Source: an uncultured Bacillaceae bacterium (lineage in GTDB: Bacteria > Bacillota > Bacilli > Bacillales > Guptibacillaceae). From it: a stretch of 64,000 nt of DNA. This document shows, piece after piece, positions 48,381-58,098 of this stretch (positions are counted from its first letter, which is position 1; every line of letters begins with the position of its first letter). The notes under the pieces are model-generated. The model was not told the origin of the DNA. It was given only the letters and a program-made list of their open reading frames with translations, and searched no databases. The stretch is taken from the NCBI GenBank assembly GCA_963739655.1, contig CAVUAW010000016.1:8318-72317 (forward strand), given 5' to 3'. Made by a program: the position numbers and the translations under genes.

Positions 48381-48801
48381 GTCATCGCCTCAATTCGTTC
48401 TGTCTCCTATGTCTGAACATATTTGACATCTTTTAACCTAAATCCTTCAATTCTAATCCATCATATCGTAAATTAGCGGGTTATTTCAGTAAAAATAGTA
48501 TTACAGGAAATGATTACGAGAAATGGTTTGAATTATTACTAGTTAAATCTTTAGCAAGAAGGTAGAATGTTTTATTATCTATGATATTGAAACGGAAGTG
48601 GTTCCGTATGATCTATTCTAAGTATAGATGGTCATGAATTCGAACGCATGTTGCTCAGGGGGGAAGTTTTGTCCGTCTGGAGACTGAGATTTCATGATAA
48701 AATGTAGAGGATTATGGAAATTGTTTAAGAAGAGAAGGATGAATGGATTTAAACACGAATAGTTTAATATGAATAAGGTGCAAAATGAGAGAGGGAATAA
48801 A

Positions 48802-49131
48802 ATGAAGCAAAAACGCATGTTTAAACTGGCGCTTACAGGATGTGTTCTTGGAATAATTGCTGCAGTGCTATCAAGGTTTGATGTGATACCTCTAATGCAA
48901 GTAAAGGATATTTCGATTATAACTGCTTTTATCTTCCCATTTGTCGCTATTGTCGGCTGCTATATTATGAAAACTCGACCCATTGTGGGCGGATTCAGTT
49001 TGCTTGTGTCAGCAGCCGGAGGGATGATCTTTCTGTCTGTATTCTATATTATTCCTGCCGCTTTTCTCCTCACTTCTGGGTTCTTTAGTATTCTATTGAA
49101 AGAAGAGACACAGTTGGTCACGAACAAATAA
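48802..49131 (+). CDS. Small membrane protein (DUF4064-like)
   Basis: Hydrophobic throughout; start at ATG 48802 after GAGAGGGA. Confidence 0.55.
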   Translation: MKQKRMFKLALTGCVLGIIAAVLSRFDVIPLMQVKDISIITAFIFPFVAIVGCYIMKTRPIVGGFSLLVSAAGGMIFLSVFYIIPAAFLLTSGFFSILLKEETQLVTNK

Positions 49132-49142
49132 ACCGCTCCTCA

Positions 49143-49988
49143 TCAAGGAGCGGTTTTGTTATGCTCTGAAAGAAAATGACGAATGGCAGTCGTGACTTCT
49201 TCAGGACGTTCTTCAGGAATGAGATGTCCTGTACGAGAGAGAACAATTAGTTCTGCATCAGGTAAGTCTTTTTTCATTCTTTCTCCTACACGAAGAGGGA
49301 CAAGGCTGTCATCTCGTCCCCAAATTAATAGAACTGGAAAGTTTATCTTATTTAAAGTGCTCGTCGATAGATCTTCCTCACGCTCTCTGATCAATCGACA
49401 AAGTGCAAGATAAAAGTCTTTCTCCTCAAAAATCGTTGTGTATCCATCAATGACTTCTTTCGTAAGAAGTTTGTGATCATATACAAGGTGTTCAAAGTTC
49501 TTTCGAAGATTGATGGCGCTCATAGAGATGCTTAAGCAATAAGGAAAAAAGGGAAGATAGGAGCATAATCTTAGTGCAGCAGAGCTGGATTTGATATAGC
49601 TTGAGCTACAAAGAAGAACTAGCTTCTCAATTCGTTCAGGGTGTTGGATACACGTTCTAAGAGCAATTTGCCCTCCCATCGAGTGACCAACAAGAACTGC
49701 TTTTTGGATACCCATTTCTTCAAGAAGTCGGTTGGTTAGAATAGCATACTCATGAAGGGTATAGTGAATATCACAACTCTTTTCGCTTTCACCGAAGCCT
49801 GGTAAATCGAAGCACAGTATGTTGTATTCCTGATAGAGGAGGGGAATGAGCTTCCGAAAACTAAACGTTGATGAAAGAAAGCCGTGAATAAAAACGAGGG
49901 TTTGAGCGCTCGCTTTCTTCTGTGAGTAGTATTCATATGAAAGAATAACATCGCCGATCTTTCTCTTTTGTTTAATTTGGACAAACAC
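49143..49988 (-). CDS. yugF: Alpha/beta hydrolase
   Basis: FIHGFLSS, DLPGFGES, GHSMGG nucleophile elbow, GHLIPEE; synteny near yugI. Confidence 0.85.
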   Translation of the reverse strand: MFVQIKQKRKIGDVILSYEYYSQKKASAQTLVFIHGFLSSTFSFRKLIPLLYQEYNILCFDLPGFGESEKSCDIHYTLHEYAILTNRLLEEMGIQKAVLVGHSMGGQIALRTCIQHPERIEKLVLLCSSSYIKSSSAALRLCSYLPFFPYCLSISMSAINLRKNFEHLVYDHKLLTKEVIDGYTTIFEEKDFYLALCRLIREREEDLSTSTLNKINFPVLLIWGRDDSLVPLRVGERMKKDLPDAELIVLSRTGHLIPEERPEEVTTAIRHFLSEHNKTAP

Positions 49989-50212
49989 GACGGACAGCTC
50001 CTCTCCTCGTTTGTATATATCAAGTTTGGCTTAATAGTGAGAAGTTTATCCTTTCTTCAGCATGCAGTGGAACATTGGAAAGATATTGGGTGGTTAGGAA
50101 GCGGAACAAAAAAAGAGACGAGGCATCAGCCTCGTCTTCAAAGGGGGAATATAGATAGCTTACTACTTCTGTTATTCCCACAAGTATGGAAAGTTATACA
50201 TCCAAAGTAAAA

Positions 50213-51553
50213 TCAGTAAGAAAGTAATGAAGTGATAAGAACAATTGCGATGGCGCCTGGTACAATGTACCGAATTAATCCGTACCAAATTGGGAAAATC
50301 ACTCGCCCAGCTTTAGATGACATCATCACCTCGTTAGCTAGAATGTCTCGTTTCATTTTTGTAGACACAAAGACGGAAATTAGAAGCGCGCCAATCGGCA
50401 TTAGCAGATTGCTTGCAATGAAATCCATCGTATCAAATATGGTTCTTCCAAAAATAGATATGTCACTGAGGACTCCGAAGGAAAGTGCCGATGGAATACC
50501 AAGTAGGAAGACAAAAAAGCCGGCAATCCAGGAAACTTTCTTACGATTTCCTTTCCCCTTTGTAACGGTAGAAACAATGATCTCCATCAGTGAAAAGGCA
50601 GAAGTTAACGTTGCAAAAAGTAACAGCGCCATAAACACCGTGAAGAATATCCCACCAAACGCCATCTGATTAAAGACAGCTGGCAAAACAGTGAAGATGA
50701 GTCCTGCTCCTTCTGAAGGTTCAAAACCAAACGCAAAGACGGCAGGAAAAATGGCGAGCCCTGCAAGAGCTGAAATAAGGACATTTAGCCCAACGACAGA
50801 AATAACAGAGCCTGTCAGATCCGCTTTACTATCGAGGTAAGAGCTATACGTCACCATCAATGATATCCCGACACTCAGCGCAAAGAAAGATTGTCCAAGT
50901 GCATCGAGCACCCCTTCTGCGGTAAGATTTGTGAAATCAGGTTTGAGGAAAAATGCTACACCTTCCATTGCTCCTTCAAGCGAAAGGGATCGAACAACGA
51001 GCACAAGAAAAAGAACAAATAGTGCTGGCATCATATAACGACTCGCTGTCTCAATCCCTTTCTGAATCCCGAACTGGACGATCGCAACAGTAATCGCTAG
51101 AAAAATCGCTTGAGTGATAAGAGCAGTCGGAGGACTTCCGATTATATCACCAAAAAGTTGCTCATACCGACTGTTTGGAAGACCTGTCAGTGAACCTGAA
51201 AAGCTTCTGAGAAGATACGTAATTACCCAGCCTCCAATAACACTGTAGAAAGAAAGGATGATAAAAGAAGCAAGTACACCAAGATAGCCGAGCCATTTCC
51301 AGTTTTTGTTGCCAGAAATGGACTCATAAGATGAAACGGCATTTTGCTGTGAATGTCTCCCAATCACGAACTCAGCAAGCAACATTGGGGCACCAACAGC
51401 AAGAGTGAAGAGAAGAAAAACAAGAAAAAAGGCACCGCCACCATTCGAACCAGCCATATATGGAAATTTCCAAAGGGCACCAAGACCGATCGCTGAGCCG
51501 GCTGAAGCTAGTATAAATCCAAATCTGGACGACCATTGTTCATTTGATTTCAT
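50213..51553 (-). CDS. Sodium-dependent transporter, NSS/SNF family
   Basis: QWSSRFGFILASAGSAIGLGALWKFPY signature. Confidence 0.9.
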   Translation of the reverse strand: MKSNEQWSSRFGFILASAGSAIGLGALWKFPYMAGSNGGGAFFLVFLLFTLAVGAPMLLAEFVIGRHSQQNAVSSYESISGNKNWKWLGYLGVLASFIILSFYSVIGGWVITYLLRSFSGSLTGLPNSRYEQLFGDIIGSPPTALITQAIFLAITVAIVQFGIQKGIETASRYMMPALFVLFLVLVVRSLSLEGAMEGVAFFLKPDFTNLTAEGVLDALGQSFFALSVGISLMVTYSSYLDSKADLTGSVISVVGLNVLISALAGLAIFPAVFAFGFEPSEGAGLIFTVLPAVFNQMAFGGIFFTVFMALLLFATLTSAFSLMEIIVSTVTKGKGNRKKVSWIAGFFVFLLGIPSALSFGVLSDISIFGRTIFDTMDFIASNLLMPIGALLISVFVSTKMKRDILANEVMMSSKAGRVIFPIWYGLIRYIVPGAIAIVLITSLLSY

Positions 51554-51869
51554 GTTGTCACCTCATACGTAATAAGTCCTATTGAATTGCATTTTATCAC
51601 TATAGCGAGCGGGAAGTATTCAGTCAATATCAAATATTCTTGTATTTATTTACCACTTGCTGCACGTGCTGGCATGGCTGACTTTTTAACCAATTTCCAG
51701 GCATTAATTTTATTTTGAAAGTAAACCCTATTATCACAAAAGTCTATAATCTTGCTATTCCCTTGATAGAGGGGTATGATTCATTAAAAAGGACTAGTAT
51801 GATGTTTTGTCTTGATTCAACATCTATGTTATACTAGTTAAGTTGAAAAAATTTGTTAGGAGTGTTTTC

Positions 51870-52289
51870 ATGGCAGAACAATATAACGTCGGTGATATCG
51901 TAGAAGGGAAGGTAACTGGTATTAAGCCTTTTGGTGCTTTCGTTGCAATTGACGACCAAAAGCAAGGTCTAGTTCACATTTCTGAAATTTCTCACGGCTA
52001 CGTAAAAAATATTGAAGACCAACTTACAGTTGGAGACGAAGTAAAAGTTAAAATTCTAAACGTTGAAGAAGGATCTGGTAAGATTTCTCTTTCAATCCGT
52101 GCTACTCAGCCTAAACCTGAAAGACCGGAAAGAAAGCCTCGTCCAGCAGCACCAAGCGGCGGTGGAAACAAGAAGCAACAACAAACTTCTTCTCCACAAG
52201 GCTTCAACACGCTTGAAGATAAGCTTAAAGACTGGTTGAAAGAGTCTAACGACCGTCAAGCTCAGTTGAACAAACGTCTTAAAAAGTAA
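51870..52289 (+). CDS. yugI: General stress protein 13, S1 RNA-binding domain
   Basis: GKVTGIKPFGAFV, GLVHISEIS, GFNTLEDKLKDW; start at ATG 51870. Confidence 0.92.
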   Translation: MAEQYNVGDIVEGKVTGIKPFGAFVAIDDQKQGLVHISEISHGYVKNIEDQLTVGDEVKVKILNVEEGSGKISLSIRATQPKPERPERKPRPAAPSGGGNKKQQQTSSPQGFNTLEDKLKDWLKESNDRQAQLNKRLKK

Positions 52290-52299
52290 ATCTTGATGA

Positions 52300-52330
52300 A
52301 AGAAGGCAGCCATTGCGGCTGCCTTTTTTC
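52300..52330. terminator. Bidirectional terminator yugI/yuzA
   Basis: aaggcagcc-attgc-ggctgcctt plus T run. Confidence 0.75.
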
Positions 52331-52357
52331 GTAAAGAAAAAGATGAATGTCAGTGAA

Positions 52358-52595
52358 GTCTAGCTCCAGCGCCTACCCCCTCGAGGTCTTAAGTCGAGTC
52401 TCATTGTGACAAAGAGCGCCACACTGAGACTCTTCTTAAGCTTGTCGGGGGTGAACAAGGCGCTTGCGCTTTTCTTGTCTAGCTCCAGCACCAGTCCCTC
52501 GAGACACTTCACCTTTCAATCAGAACATAAAGAACATGTTCCGAATGAAAGGTTCCAGTGCTTGTCGGGACTAACCGAGCGCTTGCGCTTTTCGT
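52358..52595. repeat. Two tandem ~119-bp structured repeat units with conserved ends and different internal hairpins
   Basis: Both begin gtctagctccagc and end gcgcttgcgcttttc; both have tcga and tgtcg internal loops around divergent stems. Confidence 0.85.
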
Positions 52596-52597
52596 AG

Positions 52598-52828
52598 CTA
52601 TGTTGTTGCGCGATCTGGTTCATGTGAAAGTTCTTCGGTCGGTTTGAAAAGTAACGTCAGGCTGTATAGTCCACTTAACCCGACAAGACCATATACAATT
52701 CGAGCCAGGGCAGCGTTTTGACCGCCGAATATTGCAGCGACTAGGTCAAATTGGAAAAATCCAATGAGTCCCCAGTTGATTGCACCAATAATAACAAGTG
52801 CAAGTGCAACTCGTTGTAATGTGCTCAT
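52598..52828 (-). CDS. yuzA: DUF378 family membrane protein
   Basis: IIGAINWGLIGFFQFDLVAAIFGG motif. Confidence 0.9.
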   Translation of the reverse strand: MSTLQRVALALVIIGAINWGLIGFFQFDLVAAIFGGQNAALARIVYGLVGLSGLYSLTLLFKPTEELSHEPDRATT

Positions 52829-52995
52829 GAAACTACCTCCTTTTATTAGGAAACATAATGATTCTTTTATAAGATGACAAAAAAGCTAGTGGATTATACA
52901 AAGATCCTACACTTTTTTCCTATAAGCAGATTGCTTTATTTTAATATTTGAATGAGGCATAATAAACGTGATTTGAAATAAAGGAGGACATACCA

Positions 52996-54159
52996 TTGAA
53001 TAATTTCACTTTCCAAAATCCAACAAAATTGATCTTCGGTAAAGGGCAGCTTGAAGCACTCAAAACTGAAGTGCCACAATACGGAAAAAGAGTCCTCGTT
53101 GTTTATGGCGGAGGAAGCATTAAGAAAAACGGTGTTTACGATAGCGTAATGAACACATTAAAAGAAATCGGTGCTGAAGTATTTGAACTTAGCGGCGTTG
53201 AGCCTAACCCACGTCTAACAACTGTTCATAAAGGTGTCGACATTTGTAAAGAAAACAATATTGATTTCATTCTAGCGGTAGGTGGCGGTAGTGTTATTGA
53301 CTGCACGAAAGCTATTTCTGCTGGAGCTAAATATGATGGAGACGTTTGGGACTTCGTAACGAGAAAAGCATTCCCTGAAGCAGCTCTTCCATTCGGTACT
53401 GTACTAACCCTAGCAGCAACTGGTTCTGAAATGAATCCAGGTTCTGTTATCACGAACTGGGAAACACAAGAGAAATACGGTTGGGGACACCCACTTGTTC
53501 ACCCTAAATTCTCTATTCTTGATCCAGAGAATACGTATACAGTTCCGAAGAACCACACTGTCTACGGTATGGTCGACATGATGTCTCACGTACTTGAGCA
53601 ATATCTTCACCCTGAATCAAATACAGAGCTACAAGAAAACATGCAGTTCTCTGTTCTTGAAACAGTCATGGACACTGCTCCAAAATTGATTGAAGACATG
53701 CAAAACTACGACCACCGTGCAACAATCATGTTGAGTGGTACAGTAGCGCTAAACCAATCACTACAGATGGGTGTTCGCGGTGACTGGGCTTCTCATAACA
53801 TCGAGCACGCAGTATCAGCTGTTTATGATATTCCACACGCTGGTGGTTTGGCGATTCTCTTCCCGAACTTGATGAGACACAACCTTGACGTGAACGTTGA
53901 TAAGTTCAAGCGTCTTGCTGTGAAAGTTCTAGGCGTAAGTGAAGAAGGTAAGACAGATCGTGATATCGCTCTTGAAGGTATCGACAAGCTAAGCGCGTTC
54001 TGGAGCAGCCTTGGTGCACCAAACCGTCTAGCTGATTATGACATTGACGACAGCCAGCTTGATCTGATCGCTGACCGTGCGATGGCTAATGGCGCTTTCG
54101 GTAATTTCAAGTCACTTGAGCGCGACGATGTTATGGCGATTTTGAAAGCTTCTCTATAA
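52996..54159 (+). CDS. yugJ: Iron-containing alcohol (butanol) dehydrogenase
   Basis: [41 protein letters not shown] motifs. Confidence 0.9.
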   Translation: MNNFTFQNPTKLIFGKGQLEALKTEVPQYGKRVLVVYGGGSIKKNGVYDSVMNTLKEIGAEVFELSGVEPNPRLTTVHKGVDICKENNIDFILAVGGGSVIDCTKAISAGAKYDGDVWDFVTRKAFPEAALPFGTVLTLAATGSEMNPGSVITNWETQEKYGWGHPLVHPKFSILDPENTYTVPKNHTVYGMVDMMSHVLEQYLHPESNTELQENMQFSVLETVMDTAPKLIEDMQNYDHRATIMLSGTVALNQSLQMGVRGDWASHNIEHAVSAVYDIPHAGGLAILFPNLMRHNLDVNVDKFKRLAVKVLGVSEEGKTDRDIALEGIDKLSAFWSSLGAPNRLADYDIDDSQLDLIADRAMANGAFGNFKSLERDDVMAILKASL

Positions 54160-54223
54160 GTAGAAAAGATGAGTACCGTTCCGATTGGAGCGGTTCTTTT
54201 TTGTTTTGCTGTTTGATTGGGAT

Positions 54224-54363
54224 GATTTTTGACTCATTTTCGCTGTGTGCGGCAGCCGGTTAGAGCAAATGAATTTGCTCACCGCGGCTGCAGCACACAG
54301 GCGACCTTTCAGCTTCGCTAAAGGCGATTGAAACTTTGGTTTCAATCGAATGAGTCAAAAATC
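54224..54363. repeat. 140-bp multi-branched structured element (15-bp perfect terminal inverted repeat enclosing three hairpins)
   Basis: gatttttgactcatt / aatgagtcaaaaatc closing stem; inner stems ctgtgtgc/gcacacag, gcagccg/cggctgc, gagcaaat/atttgctc, cgattgaaac/gtttcaatcg. Confidence 0.7.
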
Positions 54364-54457
54364 GAGCGAAGAAATTCGTTGCTCCTGAAGAGAAATAAAG
54401 TCAAGTTCTAAAGAGATTACAGTAAGATCAAAAGAGTTTAAAAAGAAATCTTCTTCA

Positions 54458-54513
54458 GGTAATCGCTTACATGGTTCGGCGTTCTTGATTTCGAATAGGT
54501 CTTGGGCTAAAGT
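54458..54513 (+). promoter_or_regulatory. cre-like site and SigA promoter of pgi
   Basis: ggtaatcgcttaca (54458-54471, one mismatch to cre); TTGATT-17 bp-TAAAGT (54485-54513). Confidence 0.5.
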
Positions 54514-54556
54514 TAAACGTGGGTACAGAACAAAAAATGATAATTGGAGGCTAATT

Positions 54557-55918
54557 ATGACTTCAAAAGTAAGTTTTGATTATTCAAAAGCATTGTCGTT
54601 TGTTGGCGAACATGAAGTAACATACATGGCAGATGCAGTGAAGGCTGCACACGAAGCGCTACATAATGGAACAGGAGCTGGCAGCGATTTTCTTGGCTGG
54701 CTAACGCTTCCTCATGATTATGATAAAGAAGAATTCTCACGTATTCAGAAATCTGCTGAGAAAATTAAATCAGATTCAGACGTTCTTCTCGTTGTTGGAA
54801 TTGGTGGATCTTATTTAGGTGCTCGTGCAGCGATCGAAATGCTGAACCACTCTTTCTATAACGTACTAACTAAAGAAGAACGCAAAACACCACAAGTTTT
54901 CTTCGTAGGAAACAACATTAGCTCGACTTACGTGAAAGATCTCTTCAGCGTACTTGAAGGAAAAGACGTTTCGGTTAACGTCATTTCAAAATCAGGTACA
55001 ACAACAGAGCCTGCGATCGCGTTCCGTATTTTCCGTAAGTTCCTTGAAGAGAAATACGGCGTAGAAGAAGCGCGTCGTCGCATTTATGCAACTACTGATA
55101 AGTCAAAAGGTGCGCTTAAAACACTTGCTGACGAAGAAGGATACGAAAGCTTCGTGATTCCTGATGATGTTGGTGGACGTTATTCTGTTCTTACGGCTGT
55201 TGGACTTCTTCCAATCGCAGCAAGCGGAATCCCGATTGAAGAGATGATGAAGGGTGCTCAGGACGCACAAGATGACCTGAACACATCTGACATTGAATCC
55301 AACCAGGCTTATCAGTATGCAGCTGTTCGTAACGCCCTTTACAACAAAGGCAAGAACATCGAGCTTCTTGTGAACTATGAGCCATCTCTACACTATTTCT
55401 CTGAGTGGTGGAAGCAGCTCTTTGGCGAAAGTGAAGGAAAAGACAACAAAGGTCTTTATCCTGCATCTGTCGACTTCTCAACGGACCTTCACTCAATGGG
55501 ACAATACGTTCAAGACGGCCGTCGTAGCCTTTTTGAAACAGTATTGAACGTTGGGAAAGCGCGTCATGAGATCACAATCGAAGAAGACGACAAAAACCTC
55601 GACAAGCTGAACTACCTTGCTGGTGAAACAATGGACTTTGTTAACCAGAAAGCATTTGAAGGTACTATGCTTGCTCATACAGATGGTGACGTTCCGAACT
55701 TAATCGTGAACATCCCTGAAATGACGCCTTACCACTTCGGTTACCTTGCTTACTTCTTTGAAAAAGCATGTGCCGTTTCCGGCTACCTTCTAGGTGTGAA
55801 TCCATTCGATCAGCCAGGAGTTGAAGCATACAAGACGAACATGTTCGCGCTTCTAGGCAAACCAGGATTCGAAAAAGAAAAAGCTGAGCTTGAGGATCGC
55901 CTTAAGACAAACGAATAG
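54557..55918 (+). CDS. pgi: Glucose-6-phosphate isomerase
   Basis: [39 protein letters not shown]; start at ATG 54557. Confidence 0.97.
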   Translation: MTSKVSFDYSKALSFVGEHEVTYMADAVKAAHEALHNGTGAGSDFLGWLTLPHDYDKEEFSRIQKSAEKIKSDSDVLLVVGIGGSYLGARAAIEMLNHSFYNVLTKEERKTPQVFFVGNNISSTYVKDLFSVLEGKDVSVNVISKSGTTTEPAIAFRIFRKFLEEKYGVEEARRRIYATTDKSKGALKTLADEEGYESFVIPDDVGGRYSVLTAVGLLPIAASGIPIEEMMKGAQDAQDDLNTSDIESNQAYQYAAVRNALYNKGKNIELLVNYEPSLHYFSEWWKQLFGESEGKDNKGLYPASVDFSTDLHSMGQYVQDGRRSLFETVLNVGKARHEITIEEDDKNLDKLNYLAGETMDFVNQKAFEGTMLAHTDGDVPNLIVNIPEMTPYHFGYLAYFFEKACAVSGYLLGVNPFDQPGVEAYKTNMFALLGKPGFEKEKAELEDRLKTNE

Positions 55919-56028
55919 AATGAACAAGAGAGAGTGCTTCAGCGCTCTCTTTTTTTAATTCTTCTTTCATGAAATTCTCCTGATTGGACACGATAAGCGT
56001 AGACTACGTAAACAGGGAGGCAGCACCT

Positions 56029-56439
56029 ATGATTCCAATGGATTCCGTACTCAAAGGAAAAACGATCGAACTAAGCATTATGGAAGATAAGCTCCGCCAA
56101 TTAGGCTATAGCTATGGCGGTGGCTGGGAATACGATCACGGCTATTTTGACTATAAAATTGATGACGAAGACGGCTATCTTTTTCTAAGAGTGCCGATCA
56201 AAGCCGTGAAAAAAGAGCTTGATCAAGATGGCGCGATTGTTGAAATCGGCCAGCCGTTCATGCTCTCGCATATGTACCAGGCAGGAGTTGATCCTGAAGG
56301 GAATATTGGCAATATCTCGGCTTCATTTAATCAGTTTCAGGAGCCAAGTGATAAGGACGCAGAGATCGACGAAAAATGGATGAAATATGGTGAGCGCTAT
56401 TTAAAGGAACTGGATGCAGCACTGTCACCTTACGTGTGA
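56029..56439 (+). CDS. yugN: YugN-like protein
   Basis: GGWEYDHGYFDYK, YLFLRVP, FNQFQEP motifs; start at ATG 56029. Confidence 0.88.
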   Translation: MIPMDSVLKGKTIELSIMEDKLRQLGYSYGGGWEYDHGYFDYKIDDEDGYLFLRVPIKAVKKELDQDGAIVEIGQPFMLSHMYQAGVDPEGNIGNISASFNQFQEPSDKDAEIDEKWMKYGERYLKELDAALSPYV

Positions 56440-57422
56440 ATCACTAGGAGACGATCATCTGATTGTATGGTATATGAAGGAGGTGGATTCATGACGAGTT
56501 CATCTCCTCTTTTCACACCGATCATGAGGATATCTTTTTCATTTAGTCGCTGTGCGACATCACAAAATGATTCTTCATTGAAAGGTTCAGCACTCATAAA
56601 TCCAAGCTGATTCGGTTTCAGGTGAGTGAGCATCTCGAGCAGCGTCGTTGAAATGCCGTGAGAGAACACACTGTTTGTCATGACTGTACTGAGAAGATGT
56701 GCACTTTCAATGATCTCATCAGCACCGGCACGCCTTGCATTCACAATTTGTTCTGGCGATAGGATTTCCACAATCGTATAAACATCAGGATTGATCCCTT
56801 TGACAGTTAGAAGGGTAAGGATCGTTTGCATATCCACTTCAATTTCGCTTTTATACTGATCAGCGGTGATCAGAACCGTTTGGGCATCTTTCACATTTGC
56901 ACTTCTTAACGTGCTATCCTCACCTGGATTTCCACGAATAAAATGAATGCCTTCTTTTTGAAGCGGGTTTTCAGTGAGGGAATGGTCAACCAACACGATC
57001 GATCGCTCCGGTTGGTTAGCCAAAAGAGCCTTGATCGTATGCCTGCTCCTGGAATTCCAGCCGACAACCACAACGTGATTGGCCCGTTCATAACTGCGCT
57101 CCCCACGACCAAGAGCCCCCTGCGTCATCACAAAAGAAGAAGCAAGCTTCGCCATATAAAACGTCATAAAACCTGCACCAAACATGATAAACACCATGGC
57201 AACCGCTTTTCCACGCAGCGTCTCAGGTGACGTATCTCCATAACCGATCGTCGAAGCCGTCACGATCGCAAACCAGACCCCATCGAAGACACTCGGAAAC
57301 ATCTCCGGCTCAACTAGATGCATAATGAAGCCCATCGAAACGAGAATAAAAACAATCAAAACACCCAGTTGTAATACAGGAGGATACCGCGATATATAAT
57401 AAACTAAGTCACGTAATCTCAA
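56430..57422 (-). CDS. yugO: Potassium channel with RCK/TrkA-N domain
   Basis: Selectivity filter TIGYGD; VVVVGWN RCK domain. Confidence 0.9.
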   Translation of the reverse strand: MRLRDLVYYISRYPPVLQLGVLIVFILVSMGFIMHLVEPEMFPSVFDGVWFAIVTASTIGYGDTSPETLRGKAVAMVFIMFGAGFMTFYMAKLASSFVMTQGALGRGERSYERANHVVVVGWNSRSRHTIKALLANQPERSIVLVDHSLTENPLQKEGIHFIRGNPGEDSTLRSANVKDAQTVLITADQYKSEIEVDMQTILTLLTVKGINPDVYTIVEILSPEQIVNARRAGADEIIESAHLLSTVMTNSVFSHGISTTLLEMLTHLKPNQLGFMSAEPFNEESFCDVAQRLNEKDILMIGVKRGDELVMNPPPSYTIQSDDRLLVIHT

Positions 57423-57543
57423 AACAAAACGCTCCTTTCTCCACTTCCATTATGCCCAGATTGATTGGAAAAAACCGCCACGTGTGTGATCATCGATAGC
57501 AGGGTATAGAAAGGATAAGTCTGTTTAAAAAGGGTGAAGAAAC

Positions 57544-57891
57544 ATGAGAGCACTATCATCATTCCTTGTCTCGCTCGTACGCCTGATTTTTGGTATCATC
57601 GAAGCGATACTCGGAATTCGCATATTGCTGAAGTTGTTCAGCGCAAATTCAACAGCGCCATTTGTGCAGTGGATCTATGATTTTTCAGCGCCATTATTAT
57701 ATCCATTCCGAAACATCTTTCCAACCACGGAATTCGCCGGACAATATGTTGTTGAATTCTCTGCGGTGTTTGCACTGATTGTGTATAGCATTGTGGCGTC
57801 ATTGATTGTACGGTTTGTCGCGATGGGATTAACGAGTCGGAGAGAGAAGATAAGAGAGGAAACGCTGGGAGACGGTGTTTCTTTTCAATGA
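57544..57891 (+). CDS. YggT-like membrane protein
   Basis: LGIRILLKLFSAN...FVQWIYDFSAPLLYPFRNIF motif. Confidence 0.75.
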   Translation: MRALSSFLVSLVRLIFGIIEAILGIRILLKLFSANSTAPFVQWIYDFSAPLLYPFRNIFPTTEFAGQYVVEFSAVFALIVYSIVASLIVRFVAMGLTSRREKIREETLGDGVSFQ

Positions 57892-58098
57892 GCATGGGGT
57901 GAACCGCGACATTAACAATGTTATAAGAATTAATTAATTATTAAAATTAATTAAAAAATTATGATAAAAAATATTGGAAGGTAATGAATATGTAGTTAAC
58001 TATGCTAATCGTAAGGGGAGATAGAGTAGGGATAAAGGGCGGAATCTCATAATAAACGTATAATGCCTGCAGGATCTAATGGGATCCTCCAGGCATTT

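Noticed and set aside
48641-48654. LexA-like box cgaacgcatgttgc
   Set aside because: One mismatch at a key position, no SOS-type gene adjacent, no clear promoter overlap
52406-52597. 63-aa ORF across the tandem structured repeats
   Set aside because: No RBS; coincides with the repeat units; frame not preserved as a protein repeat
54183-54193. gattggagcgg in the yugJ terminator, identical to an 11-mer in the MITE
   Set aside because: Too short and not flanked by other MITE sequence; likely chance
57921-57975. 55-bp almost pure A/T tract
   Set aside because: No structure, repeat unit or ORF; treated as ordinary AT-rich intergenic DNA
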